Source: the human T2T-CHM13v2.0 reference genome, Homo sapiens
Assembly: GCF_009914755.1 (NCBI RefSeq)
Contig: NC_060929.1
DNA: 64,000 nucleotides
Reading direction: 5' to 3' (one strand)
Made by a program: the position numbers and the translations under genes
Shown: positions 57,214 through 64,000 of the stretch, piece after piece
Layout: every line of letters begins with the position of its first letter
How positions within the stretch are numbered: position 1 is the first letter of the stretch
Notes under the pieces: model-generated
Told to the model about the DNA's origin: nothing
Databases searched by the model: none
What the model saw: only the letters and a program-made list of their open reading frames with translations

Positions 57214-59439
57214 GCATAGCTCTGCTTTATTTTGGATACCAACCAAGCTGTATATTATTACTAAATTGACTTTGTTTTAATCAGCAATTACTAAATGGAG
57301 ATTGCCAGAGAATATAAAAAGCTATTATTACTATTATCAGATTTTTGCAACACATTTAAGCCATACTTACCAACTCTATGCATATGGAATGAACACACTA
57401 CTGCAATGGCGGTTTCTAGCTTGTACCCCATTGAGCTCTGGAGGTATCACAGAGTTGATTTAGAAAGAAGTAGAGGATACTGAGGGAGATGGAAACAGAA
57501 ATAGCCTAATTCTAGACAATCAACTCCCGCTTGAACCAGAACATATCAGTCTTTAACCAGAAGCATTCTTCTCCACAGTTTTTTTTTTGCTAAAAACATC
57601 TTACAGAAACCTTTTTTCTTGCATAATACCAGCATTTAACTTAGATCAACACTGAACAATTTTAAAACTCTCCCATTGAGTTTTATTTCCTTTTGAGTTC
57701 AGATTAAAAGGTTTGTATGTCTACTTTTCAAATCATGCACAGAAATATAAAACCATAAGTAACTGCAAATTGTTGCTATTATAATAATTGCTTCCTTTTG
57801 GTCTTTTATTTCACATTACATTAACTCATCTGTTAATTTGACAGACCAATTATCCAGTACCAAGGGGGTGGAAGGAACCAGGGCACAAATAAAAGCACAA
57901 TATATAGCAAAAAAAAATTAATATTAACATAAATATTCTTTTGCAAAGAAAAATTGAAGTTTTATAGAGGAAATATTAAAGGAATAAAAATCACACAACA
58001 ATATTTGGCTCAGTTGGATTATACAGTATAGCTACAAAGAGAAAAATATAGAAATGCAAATAACAGAATCTCTATATACATAACATCTTCTCTTCATATA
58101 CCATTGTAAGAATATAATTCATAAGCATGAAATACATATGGATTTAAATGATATATATAGATATAAAATCTGTGAGTGTTGTAAATTTCAAACTCATCTT
58201 TCCTTTGGGATATTGAAAATAATGAATAATATTTGTTATAAATTAAAGATTTAGCTAAGATTTTTGTAATGCTCAAGATATCTAACATAGTTTATATGTT
58301 AATATTACTATTTTTTTTTTACATGCTAGTTAACATCAACGTAATTCTGAATAATACGATGAAAACCTGCCATTGACAGTGGGTGTATGTTTAATGGATT
58401 ATGCATATGGTTTTGCTGTATATTTGTTTAGGAGAAACCTGAAAGAATGCATTGCACTGTTTAGAATCAAACTTTTTTTCTTCCCTTCCTTTTCCAATCT
58501 CTTCTTGCCATTTGGTCTCCTTCCCTTTCCTTCTTATTTCTGCAGATTACCAACCAACTAGGAGCCTACGTGGGAAACACTTTGGGGACCCTTTAACTTA
58601 GCCTCCCTTAGGAAAACATGCCACATTTCAATCGCTGGAAGGTGGCTTCAGCGCTCTTATGCAACTGGAACATAATGGCCCATAAGAACTGTTTATTTTT
58701 TCAAATTTTGTGAGTTGTTTATTATTCAGTGACATTATTAATAATTAAATTATAAAAATGTATAATCAAATAAATGATAATAGAAACAAAAGCAACACAC
58801 GCTCCACATATAACTTCCATATTGATTATATTTTACTATTTTCTATGCACTTGTGGCAATTTAAATCTATTGTATCTGTATGGTGGAGCTATTATATAAT
58901 AGTGTACTACTATGCATTTAGTACAATCAATTTTACCAATACAATGAATATATGGCACAAAATTTACATGTAATGATAAAATATATAGTACACTATAGCA
59001 AATTTCCTATAGCCAAATGAGGATCACAAAATGCTTTGTTGATCTTTTTTGAATTCTTGCTTCTGTAGTCAATATATTGTTGAAATTCACAAATCAGTGC
59101 AAATCCAATATTGTTGTTTGTATGCATTTTCCTTTACACATCTAGTGAGTAGAAAGTAGAAAGTGAAACAGTAAAAGCTTAGGTTGTAAATTTACCCATT
59201 TGAAAATGACATCAAACTGGAATCTTTCCAGCTTCGTATTTAGTACAATCAAATTGGAAGCTCAAAATTAGCCAAGGTGGTAGCATTTATACCATGAACA
59301 TTGGCACATGCTACAAATCAGGGTTTCATTTATCTTCTTGACTTAATGAAGTGATAAATAATTTGTTAATTATGTTTATAAAACATAAAATTGCATTAGG
59401 TATAGCCATTACACTGAACAGCACAAAAATTTGAAAAAT

Positions 59440-59466
59440 TGTCTTAGGTAGTTTCTCAAGAAAAAA

Positions 59467-59513
<47 letters not shown>

Positions 59514-60130
59514 CATGCATTGCTTAATGACAAGGACATGTCAGATATGTTTCAAGAAATGTGTTGTTATTTGATTTCATTGTGTGGACATCATAGAGTG
59601 TATTTCAATAGGCTACGTGGTGCAACCTATTGCTATTAGGCTACATAATAGTACAACATGTTACTCTACTCAATACTATAGACAATACAATGGTTTTGTG
59701 TATTTTAGACATACCTAGACATAGAAAAGTTATAGTAAAAATGCAGTACTATAATCTGTGGTACCACCATCACTTATGAATAAACCCATCCTCAAGCAGC
59801 TCATGACTGTGTGTGCATGTGTGTGTGTGCGTGTGTGTGTGTGTGTATGCATATAGAGGGAGGAGAGATTTTAAGTAATTGGCTCATGAAATTCTGGAAG
59901 TAGAAAAGTCCAGTATTCATAGAGCTCACGGACAGGCTAGAAATTCAGGCCTTCAATTTATTGAATGAGGTCCATCCACATTTGGAAGGGTAGTCTGCTT
60001 TACTCAAAGTGTACTGATTTAAATGTTAATTGCATCAAAAATATCTTCACAGCAACATCTAGACTGGTGTTGGCCAAAACAACTGGGTACTGTAGCTTAG
60101 CCAAGTTGACACATAAAAGGAACTATTGCA
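59440..60130 (-). mobile_element. MLT2 (C/D-like) LTR nested in MER63
   Basis: 'tgtcttagg' to 'gccaagttgacacataaaaggaactattgca'. Confidence 0.75.
59510..59809 (+). mobile_element. Tigger3a (MER7) element nested in the MLT2 microsatellite
   Basis: TIRs 'agtcatgcattgcttaatgac' and 'gctcatgactg'; flanked by (AC)20 at 59469-59508 and (TG)n at about 59808-59846. Confidence 0.82.
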
Positions 60131-61150
60131 AATATATTCAAATATGCAATAACTATTTTCTGGTTTAATAAAGAAGTTTCTGACGTCGTTTTTGAATGGG
60201 TAAATTTACAACCTAAGTTTTTACTGTTTCACTTTCTACTTTCTACTTTCTACTCACTAGATGTGAAAAGGAAAATACATACAAACGTCAATATTGGATT
60301 TGCACTGATTTGTGAATTTCAACAATATATTGACTACAGAAAAAAGAGTTCAATAAAGATCAACAAAGCATTTTCTGATCCTCATTTGGCTATAGAAAAT
60401 TTGCTATAGTGTACTATATATTTTATCATCACATGTAAATTTTGCACCATATATTCTTTGTATTGGTAAAATTGATCATAAATTTACATGTGCATATACA
60501 GACACCTGCAGGGTTTTTTTTTTAAAGCCAGTTGTTAATGTTTAACAGCATGTCACTTTTCGGCTCTTTAGAAATGTGAGTGTGGTGTCTATTTATTCAC
60601 ATTTTAAATAAATGAGTATATATACACAGAAAGGGCAACTAATTAAACCTCTGAATATTGAATAAATAGGAATTTCTTCTCTCCTCTCTATGATCTCTTA
60701 GGGTGAGAAGACTAATGGATCTTGTCTAAAGAGTTGGAGGATCTTAGAACATTTCCCAGTGGGTCCTGAAACCAGCAATTGCTCCTTGAATTCTGGTTGT
60801 TTAAGTAGAGCAAAAGTACGGAGAACTAATAACTAAAAAGATGAACCCAAGCACAGAGAGACCCACAATTAGGTAGCTGAGTTACCTTTCTTCAAAGGAC
60901 TATAGATGTCTATGCAGAAACCTGAATGAGCAAGTCAACATCATAACACAGGTCCATCTTACTTGTAGAAGGTGGAGGACCAGTCTATTCAACCAACATC
61001 ATATGGGGCATGCAAATCAATGCAATTTGTGGGCCATGTTTAGATATGGGTGCAACATAATTTCTGTTTCTTAGTTCATGATTTTGGATTACTCTGAATA
61101 TTCTAATGTGTAAAGAGATAAAAATTCATATATTTTTAGTTTATATCCAT

Positions 61151-61532
61151 CGTCTTAGTGAATTCAGGATGCTATCACAAAGTACCATAGATTGGGTGGT
61201 TCAAAAACAACAGAAATTTATGTCACACTGTTCATTAGGCTGAAGGTCTGAGATCAGGATGTCAACATGATCGAAAATTGGTGAGTGTCCTCTTCCAGGT
61301 TGCAGATGATTGTTTTCTCATTGTATTTTCACACCGGAGAGAGGAGAGACCAGAAGGCTCTTTCATGACTCTTACATGGGCACTAATCCTATTCAACAGG
61401 GCTGGGCCCTCATGATCCCATCTAATCTTAATAATAATCTCCAAAAGGCCCTACATCCTGATGTCATCACATTGGAGGAGGTAGGATTTAGACACATGAA
61501 TTTTGGAGGGTTACAAACATTCCACCTCTTAT
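61151..61532 (-). mobile_element. MLT1A/B-type MaLR LTR
   Basis: 'gtcttagt...aaacaacagaaatttat...catgaattttggagggttacaaacatt'. Confidence 0.8.
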
Positions 61533-61736
61533 ACCTACTGATGTTAAATGAATGCTGGAGAGCATTTAAAATATTCCCCATTCAGAAGCAAGGTACAGAT
61601 GAGAGTGTTTGGCATCTTACTTGACTCAATCTCTGTAGGAAGAGAATAGTTGCATTACCCAAGTTTCTGTCTATTTCCTGGGAGCAATTCTAGTTTAATC
61701 GCTATTCTTATGTATGAGTATAAAGGCCTGGTTCTG

Positions 61737-61992
61737 TTGTGTCAATATTAGACACATTTGACAGACCATTTCAACTCCAGAACATCTGGTAGGATCAGCT
61801 GAGGTTGAACTGAATCACATTTCAACTCCTCCATTGTTCAATTCATCTCAAAACCTTTTCTCTTGTGTCAATATTAGACACATTTGATAGACCATTTCAA
61901 CTCCAGAATATCTGGTAGGATCAGCTAAGGTCTCTGGTAGAATTGAATCACATTTCAACTCCTCCTTGTTCAATTCATCTCAAAAACTTTTC
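61737..61992. repeat. Tandem duplication of a ~125-bp unit
   Basis: Copies at 61737-61860 and 61863-61992 with a few substitutions and one short insertion. Confidence 0.95.
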
Positions 61993-63197
61993 AGGAATTT
62001 TTTTTTCTTCAAAATGTACTACCAGATAAACTCATACACCTGAGAGAGTTAAAACATCTGTAGACTGTATGGAAGTCTTCCTACAGGTTTCTAGTATGAA
62101 CCCTTCCTACAACATACTGAAATTTGATTTTACTCTATTCAGATGTTATCATACAATTCAAAAATAGCTACAGGCCCACAAAATATTTAAAATAAATATT
62201 AGATGATTTTTTTTTCTGTTTTTAATAGGATTAACAATGATCATATTATGAAATTATCTTGTGGTACTTCTCAGCCTTGGATGTTGCTAAGTATACTTTC
62301 CCTATTTGTGAATGGTGTTTCTGTGCTGGAATTTGCAACTATGGACAAGAAACCAACCTTTTTAAAAGTGAAAGTTTCAAAAGTGCAATGCAAAGTACAA
62401 TTATGCTACTGATAAAAACTACTAAAATAGCCAAGAATGCAACATTTGCCATTAAAATTTATGATAATTTTAAATGATTTGCTGTGACATTTATGTTAAA
62501 ACTCAACTTTTCTGTGTGGTAATATTTGTGCTTATATTCGTATGTACATGACATCAAACACTGCATAATCCATAGTGTAGTAAGCCATTTTACAAATGAA
62601 ATGTATTTATCACAACTATAGTTTTCTAAGTAGGCTTTCATTTACTAATGCAAATAGATTTCACTAACTATATTTATCTCAATGAATGCACATATGGAAG
62701 GATTTAGTCTTCATTTGCTTATTTTATTGGCTGGTTTTCTGAGATATTATTACAGATAAATGGATCAGACTTGCAGGATCAACTAATGAAAAATGTGATA
62801 AAATTGCATTCAATGAATAAAAATAAATATGTCATTCACAGTGAAAATATTTTTATATTTCTATGAAAGATGTATCTATGTCCTTAATATGCAAAATTAT
62901 AAACATGTGTCTTGTCATATTTCAATATTTCATTATATTCCCTGTAGTACTTAGGTTTTATTTTTTTCTGTAGATACTATGCAACTATTCATATCTTTTC
63001 TGATACATATAGAGTAGGTTTTGGTCTTTTATTAAGAGGGAAAAATAGAAGGGTACAACTTATTTCTAAATGTTAAAGCAGATGTTTTATAATTTCTAAT
63101 TTGCATTTTGGATAAGTTATACATAGTAAATGTGACATTTGAATCTAAGCCATAGGTTGTCATACATTTATCAGAAGTTGTTTTGTCCTTTTGTATT

Positions 63198-63560
63198 GTA
63201 TCAATTATTCTAGGCTGGATTATTTTTCAAGATTACCTGCACGACTGACTCTAGTTTAGAGTTTGACATAAAAGACATCTGCATGAGATTTGGAGGCAAG
63301 AGTGAGAAACAAAAACCACTATACCCAGAAGATTGTGGGTTCCAGTTTCACTTTGCAGATTCTAGCTTGCCATAAATTTCATTGTTTTCTGACTTCCCTT
63401 TTTCTATTGTGGGTTTCTGCCCAATTGCGAGAAATGCTGCCCTATAGAAAATTGTTCACTGGCTCTCACAATTGTGTAGGGTATGATCCCTGTAATAAAT
63501 CTTTTATTTAGTATCACTCACAATAATACTGCTCTCCCGACCAAACCTCAATTGAGCTAT
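63198..63560 (+). mobile_element. Possible old ERVL LTR fragment
   Basis: LTR-like 3' end 'ccctgtaataaatcttttattt...ctcccgaccaaacc'. Confidence 0.35.
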
Positions 63561-64000
63561 CTGTCCCAATGGAAATATTTCTAAACACCTGCGTCTAAAA
63601 ATATATCCCTTTAATTACACTTATAACTACTGATTTTTTGTAATATCTTTTCTTAAAATCAGGGGAATTCCCAGTGATCACTTCAGCAATCTAAAGTTTA
63701 AAAAATGATTCTCTCATATTTGAAAATGTCTGGTTTTTAATATATTAATGATACCTGAAACCTAGACAAAAAATCAATACGTAGATTACTTTATGAAAGT
63801 ATAATTGTAAAATCATTCACTCTTAAACAGGAAAGGAGTTAAAGAAACATAAATAAGAGTACAAATTCTTCATTTTTCTTATAATTTCTTTTAGAATACT
63901 TTTAAATTATAGGTAATTTTGATTAATTTTAAATACACACGCAGACACAGAGACCAAATGGGTAAACTTTCTGTGTTTTACTATCTAGGTGTATCTTAAT

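Larger units (their letters stand above)
58926..60476. repeat. Long inverted repeat: arms 58926-59214 and 60181-60476
   Basis: Manual alignment gives about 19 substitutions over 289 bp plus one 7-bp indel (about 93% identity). Confidence 0.95.
58650..60557 (+). mobile_element. MER63-family (hAT-Blackjack) element with nested insertions
   Basis: 'tctattgtatctgtatggtgg', 'gctacaaatcaggg' and terminal 'agccagttgttaatgtttaacagcatgtcact' match the recalled MER63 consensus. Confidence 0.7.

Overview
Primate (most likely human) AT-rich intergenic or deep-intronic DNA. I see no credible host protein-coding exon, RNA gene or CRISPR array; every ORF with recognisable homology derives from LINE-1 or Alu. 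The window holds two decayed near-full-length L1PA elements in opposite orientation (about 1880-8821 on +, about 25402-30968 on -), several 5'-truncated L1 3' ends including one very young L1HS/L1PA2-type copy, 12 Alus, solo MaLR/ERV LTRs, an ERV1 LTR with its internal 3' end, Tigger and hAT DNA-transposon fossils, L2 and old L1M fragments, and microsatellites. I find no evidence of a new gene system. The most unusual signal is a set of local templated copies that repeat annotation does not explain. The clearest is a 289-bp inverted templated insertion with multi-step microhomology junctions inside a MER63 element (58.9-60.5 kb). Others are a 45-bp copy placed 2 kb downstream into an AT/CA microsatellite, a 22-bp inverted copy, a quasi-palindrome and several tandem duplications. 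Repeat family names come from my recall of consensus sequences, not from a database search, and boundaries of old elements are approximate.
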